A stretch of DNA of 63,864 nt, the filler included, from Perkinsus chesapeaki ATCC PRA-425 (lineage: Eukaryota; Protista; Perkinsozoa), in assembly GCA_013115145.1 (NCBI GenBank). It is 13 parts of 13 records of this genome, joined end to end, with 100 filler letters (N's around TTAATTAATTAA, not from the genome) between each part and the next. Parts side by side here need not be neighbours in the genome. Positions count along the whole stretch, not along the records: positions 19,112 to 23,941 come from JAAPAO010001219.1; positions 24,042 to 25,195 come from JAAPAO010002146.1; positions 25,296 to 50,126 come from JAAPAO010000537.1; 10 more parts are not named here. One strand, 5' to 3'. Of the stretch, positions 22,179 through 34,800 are shown piece by piece. Position 1 is the stretch's first letter, and every line of letters starts with the position of its first letter. Under the pieces are notes generated by a model, which saw only the letters and a list, made by a program, of their open reading frames with translations, made no database searches and was not told where the DNA came from. The translations under genes were made by a program, and so were the position numbers.

Positions 22179-23756
22179 TCAAGGGTCGTAGTGGTTGAGG
22201 AAGTCTTCTGCGACCTCTCGGTCCAATCGAATAACCAAATCCTTTACATGCAGCTGTCTATCGATGGGAGCCGAGAATACAAGGTCGGTGAGCCAAGTCG
22301 GAAGACCGTCCTCGGGGCCGGTGATACTTTCACCTTGAGAAATTAGAATATGATTACAAAGAACTTTAACACCATCAATAGAGTCCCATTTATGGGTAAA
22401 TTCTAGATCTGATATTCTACCAGATTTAAGGGCATTTACAGTGGCACATGCAACCACTCTTTGATCCTCAGCAGCAAACTGCGGTGGGATACTTGGTAGA
22501 CCAACAGCTAGAAGAAGCTGCTCGTCAACGAGGTCAACACCAGTGGCCTCCTTGTGCATCATGTGAACGGTACCGCCACCCATTCGGGCATTAACTTCAA
22601 TAAGTCGAGGGCCACGACTGGTATACTTGGCCTCTACGTGGAAGACTCCCATAGTGAATCCCATAGCGAGCACAGAATTGACAGCTAGATCCTCGAGAGC
22701 AGCCACTTGCTCAGTGGGAAGGGCACTAGGAAGAAGATCCCACGTCTCATTAAAATGAGGCTCAAGTGTCGGGCCGTTATCATGCACACAAACGTAGGTA
22801 GCGACACCATCGCTCATGACGATATCGACATCAACTTCCGCACCATCAAGATATTCTTCCAACATGAAGGAACCAAACTCGAAGGCGTGGTCAGCACTGG
22901 CAGCATTATGAACAAACGCACCATTAACAAAAACTAGATCCATAAATTCCTTGCGAGTCGATCGGTACACGTTGACCAAATCGTCCAGATCTGTAACCTT
23001 CTGGACACCGAGCGAGGCGCATCCAGACACGGGCTTCAGCACTGCGGGGAAACCGACATATTCTGCGGCACTTCCAAGATCCGCTTCGGAGAGAATCATC
23101 TTGTGTCGGATGCCCGGTAGTTCGGCCTTGTCGAGAGCGTCTCTAGTCCGCTGTTTATCCCTAGCAAGCTCAATAGCTCGGACGGGACACCCTGGAAGGC
23201 CGAACTCTTCACAGAGTCGAGCGACCGGTAGGATACTTATTTCCCACACGGTGCAGATACCATCAATACGATCGAGCTCACTCAAGGCCTCGACGGCTTC
23301 AGCATGCAGTTTGTCATGATCATGCTGGTTGATGTCTAGGGGAATGTACCTTTGTACGACACCTTCATGGACAAGCTCTTGGACCCATGAATCAGGCTCA
23401 TCAACAACAACGACGTTGACACCAAGCTGAGCTGCTCGCTCATACACGAACCGTTTACTGCGATAACCAGCACCGAAGAATACAATGTTGGTACCACTCA
23501 GGAGCTTCAAGCGGAGGTCTTGGGCAGCAAAGCCTTTGGCAAACAAGGCCTCCTTATTAACATAAGCTAGGCTCTTAAAGTCAACGATACTGGAGTCTAA
23601 ACAGTCAGAGGAACCGTCATCAGTTGCAGTTGTTATGGATTCTGCGCGGCTCAGAGCATGTGAGTCGGAAACAGCCGAGAACATATCGTTGAAGGTGATG
23701 GAAAAACTGAAAGGTAAATTGTAGGTAGACAAAGGCTCGGCTAGCATAGTTAGCAC
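22179..23756 (-). CDS. Intronless ATP-grasp ligase (carnosine-synthase / L-amino-acid-ligase-like)
   Basis: ARDKQRTR, FPAVLKPVSGCASLGV, MLEEYLDGAEVDVD, GVFHVEAK, PRLIEVNARMGG. First ATG is at 23747. Confidence 0.9.
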   Translation of the reverse strand: MLTMLAEPLSTYNLPFSFSITFNDMFSAVSDSHALSRAESITTATDDGSSDCLDSSIVDFKSLAYVNKEALFAKGFAAQDLRLKLLSGTNIVFFGAGYRSKRFVYERAAQLGVNVVVVDEPDSWVQELVHEGVVQRYIPLDINQHDHDKLHAEAVEALSELDRIDGICTVWEISILPVARLCEEFGLPGCPVRAIELARDKQRTRDALDKAELPGIRHKMILSEADLGSAAEYVGFPAVLKPVSGCASLGVQKVTDLDDLVNVYRSTRKEFMDLVFVNGAFVHNAASADHAFEFGSFMLEEYLDGAEVDVDIVMSDGVATYVCVHDNGPTLEPHFNETWDLLPSALPTEQVAALEDLAVNSVLAMGFTMGVFHVEAKYTSRGPRLIEVNARMGGGTVHMMHKEATGVDLVDEQLLLAVGLPSIPPQFAAEDQRVVACATVNALKSGRISDLEFTHKWDSIDGVKVLCNHILISQGESITGPEDGLPTWLTDLVFSAPIDRQLHVKDLVIRLDREVAEDFLNHYDP

Positions 23757-26224
23757 GCATGCTCATTTACGGATCAATACGCGTCGTCTAAATCATTAGG
23801 AAAAAGCAAGTCTGCAAGAGAAAGCAAGTGTTAGAAACCGCCCAGCACTGAACGAAAGACTTCCAACAGCCATAAGCTTACTGGGCACCGGAAAATGCTA
23901 CCGGCGCCCCAAAAATACCTCGCTCGCCCCAAAATTACTTTNNNNNNNNNNNNNNNNNNNNNNNNNNNNNNNNNNNNNNNNNNNNTTAATTAATTAANNN
24001 NNNNNNNNNNNNNNNNNNNNNNNNNNNNNNNNNNNNNNNNNCTTTATCGGGTTTACATTTTATATACGATACCTTTCGTATCCTAATTTATTCCTTTATA
24101 CTTGTTAACCTGTTTAGTTCATATTGAGTCCACCGATTTTAAAGCACAGAGCGACTAGGCAAATGATACCCTATCCTACTGTTTGTCATAATCGTAGACA
24201 AGCATATTACCACTACCGATCAATGGGCGCCTAGCAATGTGCAACAGTCCTCTACACTCTACCATTTCTGCAGGGGCTGTCTATCAGGGGGTTACAGAGG
24301 AGCATGAAGTGTTCACCATTTGCTGCTCCCTTTTTGTATACTGTACCTCTAGCTGAATTCTCATCGTATCTCCGCACAGGGAACTTTTTTGGACCCCTCA
24401 ATTCCGTATTAGGCGACTTCCTGATGGTGCCCAAACACTCCAGCGGCCTAGATATCAAAAATAAATTCGGAATAGTACATAAAATTTCCAAATCATCGTA
24501 GCGCACATTTCCGACGACCGTGCTCCTCGGGGCGGATAGGGAGAGGTGACATATGCGCATGCGTGCAGCGTGCGATGAACGTCGACCTTAATTTTCCGCG
24601 ACACCAAGATGATATGGTCTAAAACAAGCCGCATTACCCTTGGATTAATTGTAGGGTACTCACAGTAATGCTGTTCATTACGTTTATACAGGTACTCTCA
24701 TTAGTAGTCGTAATTTTCGTAGCATCGGGAGCAACGATTCAACTCATCTTCACCAGTGGCGACTACAGTAAACCCTTGGCGCTAACGGTCAGCAGCCACA
24801 CGATTTCCTCTACTCGCGAAGTGCCCTGCTAGGTCTACTCGCTGTCCTTGTCGGCTTTACTGCTACCATTGCAGCCGATACTTCAGCGCTGTCGAAAGCA
24901 TCGGCGCTTCAGACGGAATGATGATGAGGAGCCGCCTAAAACTCAATGGCCAAAAAAACGGTATATTTGCATTCTTGGTGAGAAGGGGTCAGTGCAACTC
25001 CTGCCACATAGTGTTAGGTTTCATTTGGTTCGCGGCCCAACTGACTTATAACGTATCACTTCTGTAGGAGAATAAAGAACAATTGCTTTAAGATCGATTA
25101 TTATCAGACACACATCAGTAGCAACTGCTGTTCCGTAGAACTGTAACCAACTCAAACGCGCAAAGCAATAAACCAGATACTTGTCCTTTGAGGCCNNNNN
25201 NNNNNNNNNNNNNNNNNNNNNNNNNNNNNNNNNNNNNNNTTAATTAATTAANNNNNNNNNNNNNNNNNNNNNNNNNNNNNNNNNNNNNNNNNNNNCCTTA
25301 CCAGTGCGCAAACCCTCTATTCGCGATATTTCACTACCGCTACAGTCCAATTCTCCTTCCGCTAACCATGAACCGTCAGAGCAGTTGCTATCTTGCTCTC
25401 TTACTCTACCTCAAACTTCCTCAACGCAACTCCAGGGCGTCTGCGGGATTGAGTCCGGTCTCCTCTTCCTAGTGGAGTTGTTGTCGATCCCTAACACTCG
25501 GAGTGTGACTCGACCATATAGGTGAAAGCCTTTAGCAGATTATTATAGTACTTCATGTTCACAGGTCCGCCTTGTTGAGTTTGGAAGTATGCGACAAAAT
25601 TCACGTTTCTAAATCCCTTTTTTCCACAAATGCTTCGAAATTGAAAATCCTAGGGCGTCGTATCTTAATTGAAGTTCCTGAACCAACTCTCCGTCCAAAG
25701 TCCTCAACGATAATCTCAACGTTCCAAATTGAAATTAACCGTTGAAAAGGTGTAGGGGATCTCCCTCTCGACTTTGAGGGTTGTTGTATTCGGAAGAGTA
25801 TTTCCGCGGCAGTTATTTATTCCCTAGTTCTTGCTTGTGGTAATTCATATCGTACCACATTATGGCTTGGTTCACCTACGTACCACATAATGTATTCTAC
25901 ATTTGCTCCCACTTCTACATTGAGGAGCTCGCCACTATGGTAATTGCTTCAGTTTTGATGCTATCCCTGACCACTGCCAACCACGTAAGTGTCATCTCAC
26001 TAGGGGGTACTTCTCATTTCAATATCCTATAAAGTATGAACTTATCCCATTGAGGATGGTGGTGCTGCCTACACATACGGCCGCTACTTTTATACAGTGT
26101 ATGCATAGCCTACAGTATACCTTTCAATAATATCTAGCAGAGCACCACATAGTTTACCCCTCATGCATTAATCTCGGAGTGAATTCAGTTGGTATAACGG
26201 TCTGTCTCACCTACCATTAAACTC

Positions 26225-29200
26225 ATGGCGCCTCATGCGTCTTCTCAGATTCTCAGTGATTCCGATTTGTTCTGGTGGACGGTGGTAGGCTGCTGGGCAT
26301 CACTGGGTTGCGCGGTGATCTTCAAAATGTACTAGCGTCTATTGCTTTCACTATTTCAACTGATTAATCAGGGGAGTGCTAAGCAACCCGCGGTTTGCCC
26401 TGCGCCCCAAGTCCTATGAGCCCTCCATTAGGGAGCCTGACGATTACTCTAAGTAGGCTTCACATAGTAGCGCTGCTGCGCTAGGTTTATGGGATCAGAT
26501 TCGGTGCTCCTGCTCAAGTTGGCCGTGATGTTGTTCTTGACGGGACTTCCTTCAGAGACTCTCAGGGCCGTAGAGTTCATTTGAGAGGCATCAATGTCGG
26601 TGGGATGTCCAAGATGCCTATAGGTCATAACGGGGTCAACTTACCCGGGTTTTGGGTTTTCGTGACTGATTGTCGGAATAAGAGGATTGCCTTTGTTGTT
26701 ATTTGTTGCAGGCAGTAGCAGCAATGAGCCTAGTATCCCGTACGGTGATGGAGTAAGCTTTGTTGGAAGACCATTCCCATTGGATGAGGCTGATGTACAT
26801 CTCCAACGTCTAAGAGCATGGGGCCTTACTTTCGTAATAGCAAGGGGGGCATGGAAGAGGTGTGTTACGAATGACTGCTCGCCAAAGTGGATTAGTATCA
26901 CTCTATAGGGAGCACCGACGCCCATCGGTCAGTAAAAATCAGCTCTATTTTTGTAATGTATCAAATCTACCTTTGTAATGTGGCTTCACACAAGTTCGCA
27001 ACCTCCGTCATTGGCGGCATTCCATGACAAAATAGGATACTTCACAGGATATCGTGGCGTAGATGACGGCAGGTTGTAGTGGCGGCGAAATGGATACGTT
27101 GCTCACACATAGGAGCTTGTTACTTGCTTTAAGGATGTGCTCTCTGAATGACAATTTTTCGAGTATATCGTCCAGTGCATTTGATGATGGTCGTTGTTTG
27201 CTGTTTGTTAGTTACGATTCATCGTCACTTGGGAGGCACTGGAGCCTCATGCACCAGGCGAATACGATGAGGACTATATACAGTACTTAGTTGATATAAT
27301 ACGCAAATGCCGGGAGTAAAGGAATGGGCTAATGTGGCGATGATTAGGATATCAGGTACGGTATAAGTGTCCTGATCGATCCACACCAAGATGTAATAAA
27401 GCGGGGGTTGAGATACAGTACATAGGATGTAATAGACGCTAGTAGACACACTCCATAATTACCATACATTAGACATATAGTATAGAGACACTGTGAACAT
27501 CAGAATTAGAATCAATAGCGGAATGTTAATCCGAAAAGTTCGCTGTAGAATAGTGGTGAGATATTATAAGTAGGGGATAGTTGGAGGCATGTGGTAAAAT
27601 TGAGGTGTAGCGTATGGAGGACAAGACTTGCACTACAACAAGCTGGAGCATTACTGTTATGCTGTCTTGACTATAAATTGTACAGCTTAGAGCCGTGATG
27701 GATGCTATATGAAGGTATAGGAACGGTTCTCAGATATAACGGAATATCTCGATATAACGTCTGATCGCAAGCTGAGCTTAAAAGTATCTTGTTAGAATAA
27801 GCTAAGATTCGTGCGTATCTTCAGGCCTGGTCTCGCTGGACTGGTGGTGATGGTGCACCTCGTTGGACTCTAGAAAAGATAGGCTTCAATCCTGAGAAGC
27901 TTTCTGAATGTGGGACCTGCTTCTTACACCAGCATAATCTGTCGGATGAGGCCAATCCTGAGGGGTAGGGGGGAGGATGACCGTGTGAAAAAGACCGTAT
28001 GGAGCTGGTTGGGTTCAGATTCTTCCCAAGGATGAGTTGGCCTGTTAATAACTTGTTTTATCCGGCTGCTACCATGTGGGCAATATTCTTTGCTGGTGAG
28101 GATTATGCCCCAAATACTAAAATAGGTAAGTATAAGTTAATAATTATAATAATATTAAATAGATAATGAGAATGCTGGAGTATATCTTCGTCGTCATTAT
28201 TATAATGCTATCAGTACATTAGCTGATGCATTAAAAGATGAACCAAATGTATTGGGCTTTGAGACACTTAATGAGCCTAATATGGGATGGGTTGGAAGAA
28301 GTCTACCGTTGGATAAGTAATAGCCCATTATCGCTCTTTTCTGCATTCCCTATGTCCACTGACAATGCGAGTTTACTTTGACATTTTTGAATGGTCCGGT
28401 AAAATAGCTTTCGCTGGCTTTATGGGAATGGTTGTCCTAATAATGGTCTCGTTTGGATTGTGCAGTTGGTCTCGATGGTCTCGATAATCAGATTCAATGC
28501 ACCTCAGCCATTAGGCTTCTTAATGAGCCCATGGGAAACAATTCAGCTGGCTAACGGGAAATCGATGAAGTTGCCAAAGTACGGGGAGGACTTTAAATAT
28601 TTGGGGCACTTCGTAAGAAATAAGGGCATTGTGTCGTTGTCTATATGTGCGTTTAGAATGTTAATGAGAATAATAGTAAAGTATTCTTAGCTGGTTATAA
28701 TGATCCATGGTACGATAATGGTGTGTGGGATTATGATAATAATGGTAATATGAGATTATTGAAGAAAAGATATTTTGATTTGAAGACTGATGAAGATTTC
28801 CAAAGTAAGACAATCCTTTCTTTCAACTATCCCACTCATCATCATCCAACTTACTTCAGCTCGATACATGAGACCATTCTGGAGGGACTTCGCCAAAGCT
28901 GTTACCTCAAAGATGCCTGATGGGATTATCTTCCTGGGTAAGTCACGCGCCTCAAAATTCCTCATTATACGTACTTACTTTCATAGGTCCCACCATGGAT
29001 ATGGAGTGGCCCAAGTTGCATGTTGCTACCAAGGACGATGTACCAGCTGACACTCGTATTGTTTGGGCCCCTCATTGGTGGGACGGTTTGGCTGCTTCTA
29101 TTGCGGACAATTATGTTGTCAGGTACGATGGTCCAACACTGCAGTACTCTTCGTATCGCACCTGGGTGGGCTGTGAGATCGCCACAAGTGGTCTGAAGGT

Positions 29201-30631
29201 AGACAGAAATTGTGCAACACATTTCTTAGGGTGTTTCCCATCAGTTCGATGTCGGTCCGGGTGTAGCCCCTAATACCCATAAAAGGTGTCTGCGTAATTT
29301 AAAGGCAAGTGGCAAGGAGGCTGGCCCGACGCTCCTGGGAGAAGTTGGTGTGCCGTGGTGCGGTGATTATGGTAAGGAATATTATCTATCGTCGTTCGCT
29401 ATTAAATCATTTCCATTGTTGAAGCCTGAAATATATGCTGCTGAAGCCATGTTGGTATGATACGCTTTTTGATCGGGGGATTGAAGATTGACATGTGGCA
29501 TTGGCAACATCCAACAAATTGCTAGTCTTATCCCACAGTCTCGGCGTTGAAGATTGTAACAGAGATAAGCGTGTTTCAAGTTGGTCGTATCGCGATGGTA
29601 TAATAGGGCGGCTGGACCTCTAGGATATCGGGATGAGGGAATCCTCTAGCCTAATGGAAATTGTGTTCCTGATGCGGATATACAGTGAGCATTCTGCTAT
29701 AGAATTTCCCTGGTCGCAATTGCATGGGTTTTAATGGAGTCTTGGTGTTTATTAGGTACCACAGACATGGCCATGAATGATACAATGCAGGCTGTTGAGA
29801 GCACTAACCTATCGGCTGTTACGGTATGGAATTATGTACCCACCAATACTAAGAAGTATCAGGTAAGGGTGGACGGGGAGGAGGAGGAGGAGGCGTTGGT
29901 GATGTTGGTATTGTTCAGGACGGCTGGAATAAGGAAGATCTCTCTATATTTACCAGCGACCCTAACCCACGTGCTGACAGCAATGGCGGCCCTCATCTCA
30001 GAATGCCAGCAGTAGTCCGACCTTATCCCTTCAAGTAAGAGTGTAAGATACCACCATTATTGTGACGTCTATGATAGGCTTGCCGGCAACCCTCTCACTG
30101 TTAACTTTGACGCCCTAAGTGATGATAAAACCTTCATGGTGCGATTTGAACAGGATCCGGCTTCAAGTAGCGCTGTTTGGTGGGAAGTGTCCATGTACTA
30201 TGTCTTTTTTTAGAGACTACCGAGTCGGAGTTCTTCGTGCCTTTGGGTGTCCACTACCCTCGTGGAGTTGATATAGAGGTAGGAAGTGGGAGGGAGGGAC
30301 TTTAAAACCACTTATGAACGCTTATACTGGCTCTCATTTCGCTGCTAAGTTTCCCTGCTTGGCAATAGCACTTGTCCGGTATTTGATAATAATAACGTGA
30401 GTTGTGGCGATAGGTATCTGATGGAGGCTACAAGCTGGATGAAGCTAAGCAGACGTTAACCTTGACTCATGATCCTAAGGTAAGACATAATGTAATGTGA
30501 GAGTATTATTATAATAGGTTGAATCACATTGGCTACGCATTCGCCATAAGTCCTCCGGCGATATGTCTTCCAGTAGAGCCCCGTCCACCAAGTTCCTCGC
30601 GACCTCTCCTATGTTGGAGGCTCGTGCTTAG
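26225..30631 (+). CDS. GH5 endoglycoceramidase-related glycosidase (EGCrP/Egh1-like), copy 1, many exons, N-terminal TM
   Basis: FRDSQGRRVHLRGINVGG, SFVGRPFPLDEADVHLQRLRAWG, IDPHQD, GFETLNEP (acid/base), LGEVGVPW (nucleophile), DGWNKEDLS. Gene ends are approximate. Confidence 0.85.
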
Positions 30632-30689
30632 TACCCCATCTTTGACAGTAGCAGAAAAACAAGAAGAAGCTTTATTATAGTGCGTCGAT

Positions 30690-31800
30690 AATTAGCGAGT
30701 GGCTGCTGCTGTTGCTGCCAAGCCGTTTACTGTTGTTGCCTTTGTAGCTTATCCTTCGATACTCTTTGCAGCTCATCACCGGCCCGCTCCGCTCGATAAT
30801 AGCGATTCTGCTATCTTGTTTACTAGCGATCTCTCCATTGCGTTGATGAAAGGCTCTCGACAGTTCCTAGATGTTGACGGCTGCTCTGGCGATGGAGATA
30901 TAGAATTTAGACCAGCACTTGGTCGTTTACCGTCGTTGTTGTTCTGAAAGGCTGTGCTTATCGAGCTTAGTCCTTCTATACTGATAATATCAATTCTATT
31001 GCCGATGCTGCCCATTGTTGGAATTGGCATTATGGGAGTATTGCTGATAGTGTTGTGATGGCAGTGATGTGTTGCGTTAAGGGGTTAATGGCGCAGGAGG
31101 CGGCTGCGAACTGCTGATGGTAAAGGAGCAGGAATGTAAGGGAATGTATAACATCTTTCCGGAGAGGATACATTATATTTCACCCACTGGGGCAATTAAA
31201 TTTATTTGTGTCATGTGGTCGACGGTTAACGGTTATTAGTCGAATAGCTTTTGGATTGTATGGCTGCTGCAGTACATTTGTTTTTACTGTCTCAGTGTAA
31301 TGGCTTGGTTCACCCACGTACCCCATCAAGTATTCACCGTCATTACCGTGTTTTATGCCGAGGAGCTCGTTGCAATCCTCTTTGGTGTGTCTATGGCTAT
31401 ATGGTTGCCTATTGTGGAATATGTAATAGTAGGGGGGGGGGGTAATGTGTGACGTAGTAGAGTCACCTTTACGGAAGAGTAGCACATAACGTGATTAATA
31501 GCCTTGTGCATCTTCCTCCCGTTTTGTATTCGTTTAGCTCGCGCAGAGTTATGGATAAGAGTGGTAGCCGATATTATTTAGACTGTCTGTGATCCGCTGG
31601 GGAGATACTACCTTACTCGTTGAGAGACAATGATTCTAGGGGGGCCTGCTCTCTTTAGTACGTTCCGAACAACCGTCTCTAATGAGTCCCGAGCAACTGT
31701 CTTTAACGACTTCCGAACAACTGTCTTTAACGAGTTCCAAACAACTGTCTTCAATGAGTCCCGAATGACTGTCTTTAATGAGTTCCGAAAATCCGGACAT
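30690..31800 (-). CDS. Spliced hypothetical protein between the GH5 copies
   Basis: ATG at 31800 opens an exon of 8-aa repeats with a GT donor. Downstream minus-strand ORFs are at 31180-31485 and 30776-31030. Confidence 0.35.
31660..31791. repeat. 24-bp tandem repeat, about 5.5 copies
   Basis: Unit gagttccgaacaactgtctttaac with point variants. Confidence 0.9.
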
Positions 31801-31831
31801 TCTCCCTAAAAATCATTCATTCACAATCAAC

Positions 31832-34800
31832 ATGTTTAGTTTCTACAAGGCAGCTCTACAGTTCTGTCATGGTTGGTACTTGGTGGACTAGGCTCAATAG
31901 GATGTATAATTATGTTTGAGATGTAATAATGTTGCTATAGCGAAGGGGGGCATGGCATTTGTCTGGCAGGGGTTTTATGAGGAACCCTAGGTTTGTGTTG
32001 AAGCCCAAGCACGATATGCCCAGTGTTGTTGAGCCTGAGGATTATAGCAAGTAGCATGGTAGACTGGGGAAGAGCGTGATGGAAGGGATTTAGGTTCAAA
32101 GCACCTCGGCAAGTCGAGCGGGATGTTATTATAGATGGTCCTCAGTTTAGAGATATCGAAGGTCGACGCGTGCACTTGAGAGGGATTAATGTGGGGGGAA
32201 TGTGCAAGCTGCCGTATGGTAATAAATGATGGAAGGAAGGCTTAGCAGTCGGAGCGATTTGTACTCGAAAGATAGTGCGTATTGGGGGGGGGCTCGATCA
32301 TTGCATTTGAAAACTGGGTGTAGTAGTCATAAGCTGAATTGTTAATCCGTTCGCTGATCAAAGGGAATCTATTGACGACTGGGAAGCTGCGAAGGATCGA
32401 AGATGGTGTTTGCCTTCTTTCTCGATTTGCTGCGTTACTCAGGAGTATTGGTGTTGGACTTGTCATCGATTCCGGTTCAGGAAGCACAACCCATCAGCCG
32501 ACTTTACCGTATGGCGATGGAGTTACCTTTGTTGGACGACCGTTCCCTTTAAACGAGGCAGACGTCCACTTGGCCAGATTGCGTGCTTGGGGCCTCACTT
32601 TTGTAGGCAGTAGCTGTTTATAAGGGAGCATGAGTTGTGTATGATAGTTACGATTTTTGGTTAGCTGGGAGGCATTGGAGCCTCGAAGACCGGGAGAGTA
32701 TGATAGAGAGTATATTAATTATGTTGTGGAGATAATAAGGAAATGCAGGGAGTACTAAGGGGGCACGAATTGGAGGGGAGATTTATAAATAGTCGGGCCA
32801 AGGCGAAATTTGGCAACGAGTGTTAATAGTGATAATGAGGAAATGCAGGGGATGTTAGGGGCACAAATTGGAGGAGAAAATATACGTGGTTTTGCCGATA
32901 TGAAATTTTTGGCAGCGATGCGTTGAATGCTGGTATCCATGATTGTCCAATGCAATGGGTGAAGGATTTCCTTCAGATACGGTATAAGTGTTGTTATCGA
33001 TCCTCATCAGGATGTAAGGTTCCGTGTGAGGTACAGAATATAGTAGCATTATTAGTAGGCATGGTGTCGATGGACTGGTGGTGATGGTGCTCCGAGATGG
33101 ACGTTAGAGAAGATCGGTATGAATCCTGACAAGTTGTCCGAGGCTGGGGTGGCGGTGTTGCATCAGGACAATCTGGCAGATGACGAGGATGATGATCCGA
33201 AGAGGTAATAAGGGTTGTGCCTAGGGAATGGAATTGTGGCTCCGGGGGGCAGTTTCATAGCATACTAAGGTCATCGCTCTACCTCATCCAAGCTATTCGG
33301 CTCGTGTTCCCTGAGGCTCAGGTTGAGCGTGGTGCAATAACGCTGGGTTATTAATGGGTAAATCTGCTATGGCTTGGAAATGTTGCCTTCTCCGATCGGG
33401 GGCTCGGATGGTTGAAGTTAGGTTCTATCTGCATATGATTTGGCCAACTAATAATTTTATGTATGCGGCTGCTACTATGTGGGCAATATTCTTTGCTGGT
33501 GAGGACTATGCCCCAAATACTAAAATAGGTAAGTATAAGTTAATAATTATAATAATATTAAATAGATAATGAGAATGCTGGAGTATATCTTCGTCGTCAT
33601 TATTATAATGCTATTAGTACATTAGCTGATGCATTAAAAGATGAACCAAATGTATTGGGCTTTGAGACACTTAATGAGCCTAATATGGGATGGGTTGGAA
33701 GAAGTCTACCGTTGGATAAGTACGATTATGGATGACGGAAGGTGTTGCGAGATTTTCCTGTTTTTCTATTAGATATGACTCCTCCCAGCCTTTAGGCTTT
33801 CTGGCTAGCCCATGGGAGAGTATTCAGCTTGCACAAGGACATTCTGTTTCCGTACCGAAGTACGGTCAGTCTTACAAATACCTAGGATACTTTGTAATAC
33901 AGTGGAGGATGGCTCTCGGCCTTTTTCGTAACCTCCGCTCGCGTTATGGCTAACAGTAATAGTGGTAGTACCAGGGCGACCTTGGCAGGGTCTGGTGAGA
34001 ATACTCCACTGTGGTGTAAAATAGTCGGTTTGAAACGGTCCTTAATAAGTAAGATAGTCAGTAGAGTGAGAGCTGATTTATCCAGCTCGTAATGTATTGT
34101 TATTAAAGTCGTTGAACTCTCTCAAAAACGAAGTCGACTTGCTAGATTCACCATTCTGTCTATATGTGCTCAGACGTTGAATGAGAATAATAGTAAAGTA
34201 TTCTTAGCTGGTTATAATGATCCATGGTATGATAATGGTGTGTGGGATTATGATAATAATGGTAATATGAGATTATTGAAGAAAAGATATTTTGATTTGA
34301 AGACTGATGAAGATTTCCAAAGTAAGACAATCCGTTCTTTCAACTATCCCACTCATCATCATCATCATCCAACTTACTTCAGCTCGATACATGAGACCAT
34401 TCTGGAGGGACTTCGCCAAAGCTGTTACCTCAAAGATGCCTGATGGGATTATCTTCCTGGGTAAGTCACGCGCCTCAATATTCATCACGCTATCTGCAGG
34501 CCCCGCTTTGGATATGGAGAAACCCAAGCTGCATGTAGCAGATAAAGGAGATGCTCCCGCGGATACTCGTCTGGTTTGGGCACCGCATTGGTGAGGCCGC
34601 CTCCTCTCGGCTTGTGTTTATAGCCTACCTTTGGATAGGTACGATGGATTGACTTTTCAATTCTGTATTTATCGCACCTGGACGGCCATTAAGGCGTCGG
34701 ATGAGGGTCTTAGTGTAAGCTGAAGGGGCGCTGGTTCGAATCCCAGTAGAGGTATTTTTTAGATTGGTTTTGGTCCGGATATTGCCGCTCGGATTCACGC

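Noticed and set aside
25296-25530. LRR-like peptide ELDCSGSEISRIEGL on the minus strand
   Set aside because: A single short motif at a contig edge with no supportable exon structure.
30500-30631. Antisense coding overlap between the GH5 copy 1 last exon and the minus-strand gene
   Set aside because: A plausible frame (EVARNLVDGALLEDISPEDLW) exists, but neither 3' end can be fixed without transcripts.
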